From Lytechinus pictus (Eukaryota): a DNA stretch of 64,000 nucleotides. How positions within the stretch are numbered: position 1 is the first letter of the stretch; the number at the start of each line of letters is the position of its first letter. The notes beneath the pieces are model-generated. The model was given only the letters and a program-made list of their open reading frames with translations, had not been told where the DNA came from and made no database searches. The translations under genes and the position numbers were made by a program. Location: contig NC_087251.1 in the NCBI RefSeq assembly GCF_037042905.1, positions 11,534,001 through 11,598,000 on the forward strand, written 5' to 3'. This document shows positions 12,711 to 25,159 of the stretch, piece after piece.

Positions 12711-13794
12711 TAGGTCGGACATCAATTCGGCACTCCCCTATGTCAGACCGTAACAAACGTCAATTCGGCGTCCCCCTATGTCGAATATCAATTCGGCGCC
12801 CCTAAGTAAAACATCGATTCGGCGCCCCCTCTTTTTTTATCATTTTCTTTTCTTCTTCTCTTTTTTCTCCCCTTTTTCTTTCCCTCTCTTTCTTCCTCTT
12901 TTTGGCGTCCCCTTTTCGCCTACCCGGAGGGCCGGGCCAAGCCCCGAAAGCCCCCCCCCCCAAAAAAAAAAAGATAAATACGCGCATGACCATGGTAACA
13001 CTGCTTCTTAGCCAATCAACATCAAAGAAAGTTGTCAGATCTGACAACTTGTCGGACAATAATGTTGATGAAATGCTCCCCAGGCCCACAGGGGAGCAAT
13101 TCATGGACTTGTCGGACGTTTTATCCGACAAGTCCTGTTTTATCCGACAGTTACCATATACCTCTCAGCCAATCAGAATCAAGGAAAGTTGTCAAATCTG
13201 AAAACTTGTCGGACGAAAATGTTGATGAAATGCTCCCCAGGGGCCCGTTGCATAAAACTTTTTACCTGAGAAAACTCTGGTAAAAACTGAAAACTAAGGT
13301 TAGTCTGATTTCTGCCATTGACTTTAACACAGGGCAAAAACTCCGGTAAAAACAACCTGAGTTTTCTCAGGTAAAAAGTTTTATGCAACGGGCTCCTGAA
13401 GTCAATCTCATTTTTTACATTCTTAGAACAAAAACTGTGTTTAAACATGTTTTCATATAATATAATGAAATACAATAAAAGCAGGGGCCGCAGAACGGTT
13501 TTCAAAGTGGGGGGGGGGTGGGCTGAGTCAAAAGTAGGGGGCTGACCATGCGAAAAATCACAATCATACGGTCATTTTTGTTTGTTTTTGTACACGGTTT
13601 TGGAAAAAAGTGGGGGCTGAAGCCCCCCAGCCCCCATGAAAAGTGGGGATTATCATGGGCTTGCTCATTTTCATCAATGAGGACGTGCACAGAGCTGTTT
13701 CACCGAAATAATATAAACCGTTAAAATGTATTTGCTAAATATTCCTTGTCCAATTTGATGAAATTTTCAATGTTTATGTTCGTCTGATTTTACA

Positions 13795-14388
13795 TTAAAG
13801 GAGAATGAAACCCTTGAAACCAGCTGAATCCATATCAAATAGGAAAATCAAAGAAACATATTGTTGAAAGTTTGAGGAAGATTAAATGAATAATAAGAAA
13901 GTTATGAGCATTTGAATATTGAGATCACTAATGCCATGTAGATCCTCCCATTGGCAATGCGACCAAGATCTGTGATGTCACACACGTACAACTCCCTCAT
14001 TACTTTAGTACTTATTTCACTTATATTCTCACTTTTATAGAGTCTATCACAAGGTGAGGTGTTCTCTTTATGAGAGGACAAGTACAGAGGTTTCACAACA
14101 TTATATCAATGATGAATCGTTTGTCATATGATTAGAATGAGCAAAAAGAGATGTTTTGGGGTATATTTTCAGCATCCAAAAGGGGAGAGTTGTTCATCTG
14201 TGACATCATAGATCTTGGTCGCATTGCCAATGGGAGGATCTCCATAGCATTAGTGATCTCGACATTCAAATGCTCATAACTCTTCTGTTGCTAGTCCTAT
14301 TTTACTCAAACTTCTGTTGATCTTATTCTTCGATTTTTCTGCTTTCACAAAAGCTAACTTGCTCCAAGAGTTTCATTCTCCTTTTTAA
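13795..14388. mobile_element. Kolobok-type palindromic MITE
   Basis: TTAA-AGGAGAATGAAAC ... GTTTCATTCTCCT(TT)TTAA with long inverted arms. Confidence 0.8.
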
Positions 14389-15317
14389 CAAAAACCATAT
14401 AATTTACTATACCTTGAATACCCCTTTAACAAAGAAAATATGAGATGCTACTATTGCTCACATGAGTATAGTGAGAATTGAATGTTAATATTATTATATT
14501 CAAGGATCTATCCTCAGTCTCAGATACTAGAAACAGCTAGGTGGATAATAACTGCAGTAGCCATTAACATCGCTTTGAAGACTGAGACTTTTTATAAACG
14601 CTTGGATAATTCATGACATACAGATCAAGGGATCCAAAGAGAATGCCACTTCGTGATAGGATTTATTCTCAATGTTTGGATTGGTTTTTATGGTAAATGT
14701 ATACTGTATGGATATAGTGTGTTTTAACTTTTATGTATAAAACCGATAGTTAGATTTCAGATACTGTTGAATATATCAAGAAAAAATAAACTACAGGCAA
14801 ACTGGAAGTGTTTCCACTATTTCTTTTTTCAAATAAAAATGAAGATAAATTAAGGAAAAGTAATTAAAAGAATATTGAAGAAAGGTGGAATACAATATTT
14901 TTCATATTGTCAATCAAGCTACTGCAAAATTATTATTTTTATATTAAAAATCTCTTTTTTTTTGCTTGCCCACGACTTTTTAGAAATACGTAAATATTGC
15001 CCCCGCCCCTCCCCCCAAATTGTGGGCTCATATACGCCACTGGTATGCATAAACAATAATAATGTTTAATTGTAACGGTGATTAATATACACTCAATGAA
15101 CGATCACCAATGACACTGAATATCTTGAGCAAGATATTATTATAGCTATATCTTTATTATAGCTATAATAAAGAGAGAGGGGGTGGACGTAGTACACCTT
15201 TTCAAGTAGCTGGTTTATTTCCCCCTCCCCCAATGACGCGAGCCATGTTTCCCCCCGTTTCCCCCAAAAAGCCATCATTTTCTTCTCTAAATTTATGTGG
15301 ATAAACCCGAATCTTAC

Positions 15318-15408
15318 CTTCGTCTGGATCGTACAAGAAGAGTAAGATCATGCAATATATATACTGACTCCATGAAAGCTGTTGTACTTGTGATCTCCAT
15401 TTCTCCAT
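15318..15408 (-). CDS. COMT: COMT-like coding exon 1
   Basis: AAGATGG Kozak context with an in-frame stop upstream. Encodes MEKWRSQVQQLSWSQYIYCMILLFLYDPDE+G. The strong donor G|GTAAGA is phase 1 and joins exon 2 as GGA. Total CDS 762 nt = 253 aa. Confidence 0.75.
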
Positions 15409-15479
15409 CTTCAAAACTTGTACATCATCGTTTCACAACCTTTCGAACAAGAATGTCATGCACAGACAACATTAATGTG

Positions 15480-15674
15480 TAAACCGACCCGCTAGTGTGC
15501 AGGAATATGTGTTGTACATGTATCATCGTACTCCGGGATAGGCTACAGTATTTGCAGAGACGACGGACTCAAGGTCACAAAGATCCCGAGCAAATAGGTC
15601 TATCCATGCATAGCTGATCACGATTCGACCCCTTGTGTTACGTGAGTAAATACCCGGCCTCCCGCCCCTCCCCA
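15480..15674 (-). promoter_or_regulatory. Probable COMT-like proximal promoter
   Basis: CpG-enriched unique sequence directly upstream of exon 1, with a GC box (CCCGCCCC at 15661) and TTACGTGA. Confidence 0.4.
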
Positions 15675-15831
15675 TAGCCTCTTGTCGAGGCCCTGGCGGC
15701 TGCTTCCCGAGCGAAGCGAGGGATTTCCTTATTCGCGAAGCGAATTATAGGCCTGGCGCTCTGCTTCGCTCTCTCCCTTGCTTAGCCATGTTCGCTCGGA
15801 AAGCAGCCGACAGGGCCTCGACAAGAGGCTA
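15675..15831. mobile_element. 157-bp TAG...CTA MITE, Academ-like
   Basis: TIR of about 40 bp: TAGCCTCTTGTCGAGGCCCTGGCGGCTGCTTCCCGAGCGAA ... TTCGCTCGGAAAGCAGCCGACAGGGCCTCGACAAGAGGCTA. Confidence 0.75.
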
Positions 15832-17759
15832 CCCTCCCCCCCCCCCCCCACTCCGGGGTCGGAGGGACCGCATGCGTGTTCCCAAAATGTCCGGTAACGG
15901 GGTACTTTTTCGCGAGACAAGTCCGGCCCGCGAATTGTAAAAAAGGGGGTGTATTTGACTTTTCAACCGGAAATTTCTTTAAAAAGGGTCTGCTTTTTTT
16001 TTCTCTCTCTCTTTGGACTCCTGAGAAATTTAAAAAGGGGGTTGTAAAATATCTTGAATATCATAAAAAAATTGATCAAATCCTGGGATCAAATTCCTGA
16101 AATTCCTTCTCGAAAGCTAATTCAGGATTATTTCATTTTGAAAGAAAAACATAGGAAATATAGTCCCCCCCCCCCCCCGGGAGTCCCCCACGATCGACTC
16201 GATAGTCGATACGGACTTCTCGAAATCTGCGAGAGAGATAACCCCGGGTATCCCATTGTGATTCTGTTTACAAGTGATCACGGAAAGTATGAAAAGTTGA
16301 AACTATTAACATGACTTACCATTAACAAACATTTATGTCATGGGATTTTCATCTTTTCTTGTTGTTTCGTATGACTGCATTGAGTTCTGAGATCTCATTT
16401 TAAACATCAAAATATATTTCCTTAGGTATAGAGGGTTCCCACAAGCAGTCATATTGGAGGACAAAAAAAAAAAATGTGCATCGGACTATGAAAAGTTATT
16501 GTTTTCATTGTTTTGCTATTGTTTTGTCCTCCATCATGACATCAGGGAACCTCTATTATAATGACAGCTTACCTGAGATGAAAGGGGGGGGGGGGGGGAG
16601 GTTGGCTGTCTTGAGATAGGGGGTTGGAATGAGAGCTCACCTGAGATAGGGGGTACATTGAGCAGTGTTCTGGATTTAGGGGGGTCTTCAAGGCAGGAAA
16701 AGCCCGCGAAAGGGGGGGGGGGTTCAGAAATTTTGGCAGACATGAGATAGGGGGTGATTTCAAAGGAAGGGATCGAGCATAGGCCCCGGGCATAGGCGTA
16801 CCCTAAATGACACTGAGTGGGGGGGGGGGGGAGGGTAAATACTAGGATATACCCGCTTCCCTAGATTAATCGGGAGATTAATTAATGATATCATTTAATT
16901 ATCGTGTTTTTCTTTGCCAAATCCGCGCGAGAAAAAAAAATCCTGAAAAAAACCCGGTTCCATGACATTAATTTGACGTCATGGAACCCAATGGGGAAGA
17001 TGTCAAGATAATATAGCGCTGCCGGGTGGGGGGGGGGGGGGGCGATGGGGGTATACCACCTAGTTAACAATTCGAAGCTCCTTGGTAACGCTAAAGAGAC
17101 CGATCGAGGTACCACATAAAGATAAACTGTATCTCTATGCATCGAGGTCAGTTGTGGGCCGCGGCACGCGAGTGTCCGCGGGTCAGGTGAATGGGATTAT
17201 GAAGCTGCTTACATAATCTGCTGTGCAAACCCTTTACTCGAGTTAAGGGTCTGAATGTGCTGCCTACTCATGCCTTGTGTACTGAAGGCCCTCCCCCGGT
17301 GGGAAGGGGGCACTTCCATTGACAAGTGAATACCATGTGCGACCGTGGGGTCTCGAAAAGCACCCTAAACAAGCATTTTCCATATTCTGAAAATGCATTA
17401 ACAAGTATTGGCATGCGAAACCCTATACCCTTGGCAAGTATTGGAAACAAAACGATGCGCGGGACGCGCCTCTTGGCAAGTATTCCCTGAATTGAATTAC
17501 CCCTAAACAAGTACAGCGATATTTAAATTGTTATATGTCACGGACGTCGGTCGTCGGTTTTCCTATAGGCCCCATGCACCTCCCAAACCTTGCGCAAATC
17601 GTACTCTGAACACGTACCAGTGTTGACTGTTGGGGCAAAAAGTACATCCTTCATATAAAGCATTTTTTATACCCTCGCAAATTTGACCCTAAACACGTAC
17701 CTTTTTTATTATTATTTTAGTGTTTTCGATACCCTTATTACGTTACTGTACCCCATATA

Positions 17760-18150
17760 ATATTACATCATCATACAATGATTCACAAATTTATTTTGTG
17801 AGTATTTCCCTCTCATGTATTTATTTTTTTCTCATTTGATTATCTGTATTTTTACTTTGTTATTTTGTTATTTGTTGTGTTATCTATTTTTTGAGGGGCC
17901 CACATTGTACAAGCATTGCTTTTTATAGTAAGTCCCTCCATTTCCATCTTAATTTATTTTCTATTGAAAAATAGTATACATATTTAAAACCTACAATGTG
18001 TTGCCCAAATTGTCTAAGTGTTTTTTTCACAACATATGTATCATTGATTTTTTTTGCAACGGATACAAATATTTATGTTTATATATGGTATACAATTTGT
18101 TTTTGTTCGATGGAAGTGAAATAAATAAATTTGAATTTTGAATTGAATTT
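17760..18150 (+). mobile_element. LINE (L2/CR1 group) 3' UTR fragment with an ATTGA-type tail
   Basis: About 17800-18150 is a near-identical reverse complement of 49635-49985. Its conserved gagggg-cccacattgtacaagcattgc-tccctc stem also occurs at about 24293-24340. Confidence 0.75.
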
Positions 18151-18554
18151 GATGGAAGAATGACTTGTGGGCAGAATTAATTATACATGTAGGTCAGGGG
18201 TACATGGGGAGGGATTTTTGTTTTTGTTTTGTAATAGTATTCATTCAGTTTAAAATCATACAAGTAATAATATATCAACAAAACACTTTTCACAGAGTCA
18301 AATAATTATTCATAATACAAAAACAATTCCCAAAAAAAAATGCAGAATATAACATTCAAATCATCTAGAACAAAGTAAATACTTAGTAGAAAAAAAAATA
18401 CAGATATAACAAAAAAGAATTCATAGCGACGCAATTAAACTGAATGAGTATTAGAAGTAAAACACCCTCCCATCCCAACTGCCCCCCCCCCCACATCCCA
18501 TCCAAGCCCAGGAAGTGCGGCCTGCTTCAGACCGCAGGTCCCTATCCAAATCCC

Positions 18555-19612
18555 ATCCAAATCATCTCGTGGCTGAATCCTCCTCCTTGCAAAATCTCGT
18601 GATTCGTGAGATTTTCTTTCTCTAAGAATTTACCTGTTTTAACCTCAAGTTAAATGAAATATTATTGCACCATCAGATAGAGTAAAAGTTACTCTTTCAT
18701 ATTGGTCATTTATTTTGTATACAATATTTTGTTAAATAAGTAAATTTCTGGCCTGAAAATGTGCCTCAAAACTGAATTTTCTTCCTCTGTTTTCTTTTGC
18801 AAATTGTGCAAAACTTTTTATTTTGAGCCTCAATGATATCTATATCACCATAAAGCTGAACTTCTGTACTTTCTCACAATGCCACTCTTGATATGCGGCA
18901 CCTTTTATTCGGGTCAAGATCACACTTTTCCCAACAAGGTACAAGACGAGATTTCTGAAATTTTGTACTTGCATGAAATCCAGAGCTCTGATTGGCTGGA
19001 TAAGGTTCACGGTTCACAGAACAACAGGCGCGGGGTATTTGAGGAGATTACCACATGGGAAGTGTGACCTTCCCACGAACCCAGGCACTGGAACCGTTGG
19101 AATTTGCCATTGTGTGGTCTTTTTGACCAATCAGAGTGCAGTATTCTTGTTTTCAAGCTGCTTTATGTACTTGGCAAATGAAAAGTGTGATCTTGACCTG
19201 ATTAAACCAATTCTTATTTTGAAACCTATATCATTTCAAAGCATACATATTCAGCTTTATCATGGTATAAAAATCATTTGGGCTCAAACAAAAATAAAGT
19301 GTGAAAATAGCAGCTTTTGTCAGGTGAAAATATTTATTTTGTAGCATATTTTAGATCAAAATTTTAACCTATATTACAAAATCTTTGAATAAATCCAAAC
19401 ACATGACCTGAAAGAATGATTCTTCTTCTTTACAGTGGTACCAAATTCATGAAATTCAATGCACAATTAGAGCAGCAATGACCGAATGAAAAGAGGTGTT
19501 TTGGTCCGCATCAAGCTCATTAAATATGCAAAACATCTCAAGTCATGAATATCACTTGGATGAAACAAGCCACTTTCTTGGGACCTGCAGTCTGACTGCT
19601 AAACCCCAGCTA
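18555..19612. mobile_element. ~1.1-kb non-autonomous DNA element; paralog at 53113-54741
   Basis: Colinear similarity beginning atccaa-tc-tctcgtggctgaat, with an internal inverted repeat at about 18915 and 19195. Confidence 0.7.
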
Positions 19613-19839
19613 CCCTCCATTTCAATCGGCATTCTGTACCGCAACCATGATCTAACTTGCGCACCTGAATCTTCACTCCAAATGCAAAAGAGCCACTCCG
19701 GCCCCAATCACACCCCTCCCAGAGAGAGATAAGAGACTAGTCATTCCAGAAGCGGGATCCATTATATCTAGTGTATACAGGGACACTAATTATATCCCCG
19801 AGAGCGCGCCATAGCTCGTATATTCACTCTTTATATATA

Positions 19840-21751
19840 CACAACGAAAAAATAAAGCCCCCCTTGAACAAACATCCATAATTTCCGAACCACTGGGAGT
19901 TTTTAATATATTTTTACATGAGCGTGAAGGTAATTTTATAAGAATACCCTCTTATAGTGAATGTTACGGACGTATCTTATGTCTTGCTTCAGTGAGCACC
20001 GCCAGAAGGCAAAATTGTCACTTTTGAAAAGTCACAAGCAAAATATCATGACTTTGATTCCAGTTTAATGGAACGAATTCCACATTCTCACCATGAAAAA
20101 ATAGTCGGATGGCTTGTAAAAGGTACTTTCTAAAAGACGATACCACTTTTTTGGCTAAATTCACGGTTGAATAAACACAGTCAAAATTTGCTATCATTGC
20201 AATTTTTACACATTTCTATCGATGAACATGATCGAATATGATAAGAGTATCTTCAACAATATTCATCATTTCACGGCTCAATGAACATTCAATGAAAACA
20301 AAAAATACGATTTTTAGATATCATCGGCAAGTAATGCTTTAATTTGGTAACTGAAATTATCTTTTCTTAACCTGTTTCGTGATGTTCATGACCAATTATC
20401 ATGTTTCAATAATTTAAAGGCGTTTAATTAAAAATTCACGCTTGAATGAACATGTGGAATGTGATTAGCTCTTTTTTACGTTATTGGAAAAAAATGCAAT
20501 TGCTAACTATGGATATCTGTCACAAACCTTGCATACTAAATTTGATTTGATTTTTATGAAAATCCCTATGTTTAATGCTTCAGTGAGCACGCAGTATTCG
20601 AAATTATGCAAATGAGAAGAAAGTTCAAGGCTTTGGCCCCACTCTTTGCCGTATCGAATGGTTATTTTGGTGTGCGCACCTTTTGGATAGTATCACTCTG
20701 AAGCCATGTGCGAAGTTTCATGAGTCAAATAATTGGCAGAAGTAACAAAAACCGTCCATGAAACAAACCCTCATTTCACTTTTGTTAAAATTTTGACTTA
20801 ATCCTCTCTCATAGACATTGTGTACACTATGGGTGCATAATTATGTTTGAGAATAAGTATAACCCCTTATTTAATATGGTGGAGCTTTTTTTCAAAGCTG
20901 TCCTTATATCATTTGGCAGTAATGTTTATTGACCTATGGGCAGAATTCTATGCAGAAATGAAATTGATTTGTTTATTTATGGATGAGTGAGCACGCCTCA
21001 AAGGGGGAAAAGGTGCATTTTCAATGTCACTGACTCATTTTGATGGGTTATAAAGTTAATAATGGGGGCAAATTTGGTATTAAATGTAACTTATTTGGTG
21101 TTGTTTTTATTATCCATCATTTTTATTACCACACACTTTCCGAACTTTTTACACTTTCATGGTTGAACGAGCACACTCAAAAACTTAGGAATTAATACTC
21201 TTTTTACTGCATAAACGTATACTTTTCCTAACAATTTTTCATGATCAGTTGGACAAATCAGTGGTGGATCCAGAATTTTAAAGTGGGGAGGTGCCGAGAA
21301 ATTGGGGGAGGGGAGCCACTAACATTTTCAAATTTCAACATGATTTAACAACTTACAGAGGATACTACCATAAACACCCATGATGATACGTCACAAAAAG
21401 AATGTGTTCACTCAACTATAAACATACGTTATCAAAATTTTGTGTGGAGTATCTAAATGCTGGATAGTAAAACCGCATTAACACCATAAAATTCACCAAA
21501 AAACAACCTGTGCCCAACTTTGTCATGTTTGTATTTACACAATCTGAAAAACGACTCTTGTGACTTTCAAAAATTGTCATTTTTAATTCAGTCTTTGATT
21601 TCTCATGCATGACCACACCGATCAATCTCATTTTTCCCCAGGAGTTGCTTAATGCGTGTACAAAACCACCTACGAAATATTATATTTCAAAATTATTCCG
21701 TTAAAAAGTTACAGCATGTTGATTTAGGGGGGACTTACTTTTTTTGTTGTG
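19840..21751. mobile_element. Non-autonomous TA-targeting TIR element, Tc1/mariner-like
   Basis: TA-CACAACGAAAAAATAAAGCCCCCC ... GGGGGGACTTACTTTTTTTGTTGTG-TA. No transposase ORF is visible. Confidence 0.7.
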
Positions 21752-21759
21752 TATATATT

Positions 21760-22622
21760 ATTATTTCTTTTACATTTTCACTCCAGAAGGAACCATAATG
21801 CACCCCAAAGACAAAAAGCCCACCCAAAATGACTGCCCCGACCCACTCCAAGAGGAGTGCGACTATAGGGACCAGACCACCCACTCACTTGAATTTACTT
21901 TGCCCCAGCATCCCTAGAAAATAAATTTGTCCCATTTTCTGAAATGGTTTGTTAATAGACCTCTCTGTTCAGCTAGTTTTCTTTCTTCTAGTCTATCTTC
22001 TTGTATTTTTTCCTTAATATGGTTAAGGGACGGTGGATCTTTTGTGTTTCTACTATTTTTAAAAATTTTGCCTCCGACGAAGATTCTGCTAGGATCGAAA
22101 GCTTAGGCCCCTTTTTTACTTTATAATTTTTAAAAATCATATACTTTATTAGAATTATTATGTGATTTAATAATTGAGCCTCTCCTCTACACCTCTGAAC
22201 ACCTTTTTTTCATCTATATTTGTAATAATAGGGAGTTGAAGCATGTTCCCACATTCTTTCCATTTAGTTTTTATCTTATCACATGAAAAAAATATATGAT
22301 CATATGTTTCTTCTTCTTTACTGCAGAATGAACATAAATCATCTGTTGTCATTTTAAATAAATATAAATATTTTTTGTGTATAGTATATTGTGTAATATT
22401 TTTATATTGAAATTCTCTGAGTCTGCTGTTCAGAGTGGATTTTCGTGGTCTTAGAAAAATGTCAGAAATATCTTTTCTTGTTATATTATATTTTTCCTCA
22501 AGCTTTTTAAATGCTTGTGGTATATCCGTTTTCATACTTACAAGAGTATCATATATTATTTTTGATGTGATGTCTTGCAAGTCAAAAATCCTGCCCTTTA
22601 ATTGAGGGTGGCCCGGGGGCAA
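21760..22622 (-). mobile_element. L1/Tx1-type LINE 3' fragment (ORF2 C-terminal zinc finger)
   Basis: ORF 22167-22622 contains LREFQYK and LCSFCSKEEETYDHIFFSC (CxxC...H...C), followed by a frameshifted tail and a 3' UTR. Confidence 0.85.
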
Positions 22623-23045
22623 CGATGCATGAGCTGAACTGATACCGATCCACGATCCAGTATATGTACGTAACTTGCCCTATCTTGACAAAGACATCCT
22701 TTTTACATGTTTTTTTTTCGCGCATGGTATCCACTCGTCAATGTAAGTGGCCTCCCGGGAGCGAATATTTTTTCCGTACATGGAAACGCTATGGGATATG
22801 CATTATTCATAAGTTGAGCTAAAAAACCGAAGTGCCCATGCAGGCGCATGGACTTCGCGATAGTTCTATAGCTTCATCACTTTGTACATGAACGTATGGA
22901 CGAGCACAAGTTTCGATTTCTCTCTTCCCCTCTCTCTTGTAATCTCTATCCCTTCCTCTCTCTTAGCACACTCTCTCTATGTTTCTTAATGAATAATGAA
23001 TGAATTGACTAGCATAATGTCCTCGCCACCACCCCCATCTAAATC

Positions 23046-25159
23046 GGGGCAGTAAAAATGGCAGAGGTAAAAATGGCAGAGGTAATAATGGCAGAGGTAA
23101 AAACGGCAGAGGTAAAAATGGCAGAGGTAATAATGGCAGAGGTAAAAATGGCAGAGGTAAAAATGGCAGAGGTAAAATTGGCAGAGGTAATAATGGCAGA
23201 GGTAAAAATGGCAGAGGTAAAAATGGCAGAGGTAATAATGGCAGAGGTAAAAATGGCAGAGGTAAAAATGGCAGAGGTAATAATGGCAGAGGTAAAAATG
23301 GCAGAGGTAATAATGGCAGAGGTAAAAATGGCAGAGTCAAAAATGACTAAGATAAAGATCATGACATGCTATATCAACAAGGAAAAGACAGAGCCTTTCC
23401 AGTTAATATCAGTCATAATTATTGGCCTTGAATGGAATCCTATCGACGGAATGAGCATTATGAACTGAAAAGATATTATTTAGATTTTTTTAATCATTTT
23501 AGGTTAGCTCTATACTTTATCGTTCATATGATTAAACTCAAACATTTTCAGGCCAAAATGATTTCAATTAGTGAGTGATGAAAGGATTTATCTTTGCCAT
23601 TTCGTAGAGTAAAACAGCACTTCATCACATACATACCAAACGAATTTTAATGTAAACACCAAAATGTGCGCTACCATTAACACACTGAAATAGACAAGTT
23701 CGGGATTTCTTCGAACAACTTGCATAGTTGCATTACTTGGATAACAGAAAAATAACAAAACGCTCTGTAATAAAAGTAATTTTTCATATTTCAACATCAT
23801 AATGGATCCGAATAGATATTGATATGATACGTATATAGTTCAATGTAAGTGATATAATAATAGCACTTAGTGTTTAATTTTCAGAGCAATACCTCATTGC
23901 AGCTAGTCCAGTGGATGGCAGGTTCCTAAACTAGTTTCTATGGGTAACAGTTACCGCATGAATTTGGAAATGTGTAGCGAATCAAGGATTTTATTTCAAA
24001 TTTTTAGGCTTTTCTTAGGTACCATTCTATCGACCTGTTTTGAAGGGGAAATTCACACTGACAAATGATTTACTGTAAAAATAGCAGAAAATTTATTGGT
24101 GAAGGTTTATGGAAAACCCATCAAAGATTAAGAAAGTTATTAGAAGTTTGAGTTTTTGATCTATGAAGTCATATACGAGCAGCTGCCCCGTATTACTTTT
24201 CAAATTTTTAATCAGTTCATGATTGCTAAAAAAAGTCTTTCAGGGGCGGATGTGAAATGATTTGTTTGTTGATATACTACAATAATTATTTAGAGGGGTC
24301 CACACAATACAAGCACTGCTTTTTAGTGGATCCCTCCATTTTCTCAGAATTTTATTTTATAATGATATTTTGCTAATATATAATACTTTGTTTTGTTTTA
24401 CTTATGGAAAAATATCATATATTGTACATGCCTCAATGTATATTGTCTGTATAATTTCATTGTAATTATTTCGATCACTTTACTTCGTTCTGTTGAAAAT
24501 GAAATGAATTGAAATTGAAATAAAAAAAAATTGAAAAACAATAAAAAACATTTTCATTTTTTTTAATGACATTTCATTGATATTTTTTATTACACCAGAT
24601 TTGGAAAAACTGCTCGCAAATGACGTAACCATTAAAATGTAAAATTCTAATAGCTTTTTAAATCTTTGATGGATTCCCTTAAACCCTAACCAATATCATT
24701 TTGATTATTTTCTGCTATTTTTACAATAAACTTTATGTCAGGGTGAATTTCCCCTTTAATACTTGGGTACAAAGTGTGCTTCAAATTTGAATATTAGAAG
24801 AGCGATTTGACATGAGAAGGCTGTGCATGTAAGTCCAGGAATAAATTAAGACAAACCAACTCAGGTGTTATCAATTTGGTGCAGAAAATCTACAGTATGA
24901 TTTTAAAATGTTACCCTTTCCATTAGTCAAACATTATAATTCTAGTTTTCTTCTCAGAACCTTTTTTTATTTAATCTATTGTACATGGAGGGGCTTTTGG
25001 ATATTTGTCATGGGGGTTTAAGACTGGCCATTTATACCTCTGTCATTTTTACCTCTGCCATTATTACCTCTGTCATTTTTACCTTTGCCATTTTTACCTC
25101 TGCCATTTTTACCTTTGCCATTTTTACCTCTGCTATTTTTACCATTTTTACACCGAGCC
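23046..25159. mobile_element. Foldback (TU-like) element with 15-bp tandem-repeat arms
   Basis: About 19 copies of GTAA(A/T)AATGGCAGAG at 23052-23340 and about 8 inverted copies at 25027-25150. 8-bp TSD TCTAAATC (23038-23045 and 25160-25167). Confidence 0.85.
24041..24759. mobile_element. Kolobok-type MITE containing a LINE 3' UTR piece; related copy at about 28110-28563
   Basis: AGGGGAAATTCACACTGACAAA ... TATGTCAGGGTGAATTTCCCCT-TTAA. Confidence 0.7.

Larger units (their letters stand above)
10246..12988. mobile_element. Composite hAT-like element with the GCGAAGC satellite, a GGCGCC subterminal array and nested MITEs
   Basis: TIR CAGGCGCGTAT ... ATACGCGCATG, flanks ACTAT/ACCAT. It interrupts the Harbinger-like MITE. 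Confidence 0.65.
10172..13398. mobile_element. Cluster of Harbinger-like MITEs (GGGGAGC/GGGGCCC ends, CAG/CTG flanks); the first copy is split by a nested insertion
   Basis: caggggagcctttcatgaa (10171) resumes at about 12989 and ends atgctccccag (13083). A second copy spans about 13089-13240. A third family, ggggcccgttgcataaaacttt...aaagttttatgcaacgggctcc, spans 13240-13397. Confidence 0.7.
17296..22759. mobile_element. CCCGG-ended MITE (same family as 62434-63077) split by about 4.9 kb of nested insertions
   Basis: The left part 17296-17746 ends at ...acccttattacgttac. The right part 22666-22759 resumes gtacgtaacttgccctatc..., at the matching point of the intact copy. No TSD is recognisable. 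Confidence 0.65.

Noticed and set aside
22963..23468. ORFs with LPLPF, TSAIF and AEVKM repeats (also 24979-25309)
   Set aside because: Translations of a stop-poor 15-bp tandem repeat in the foldback arms.
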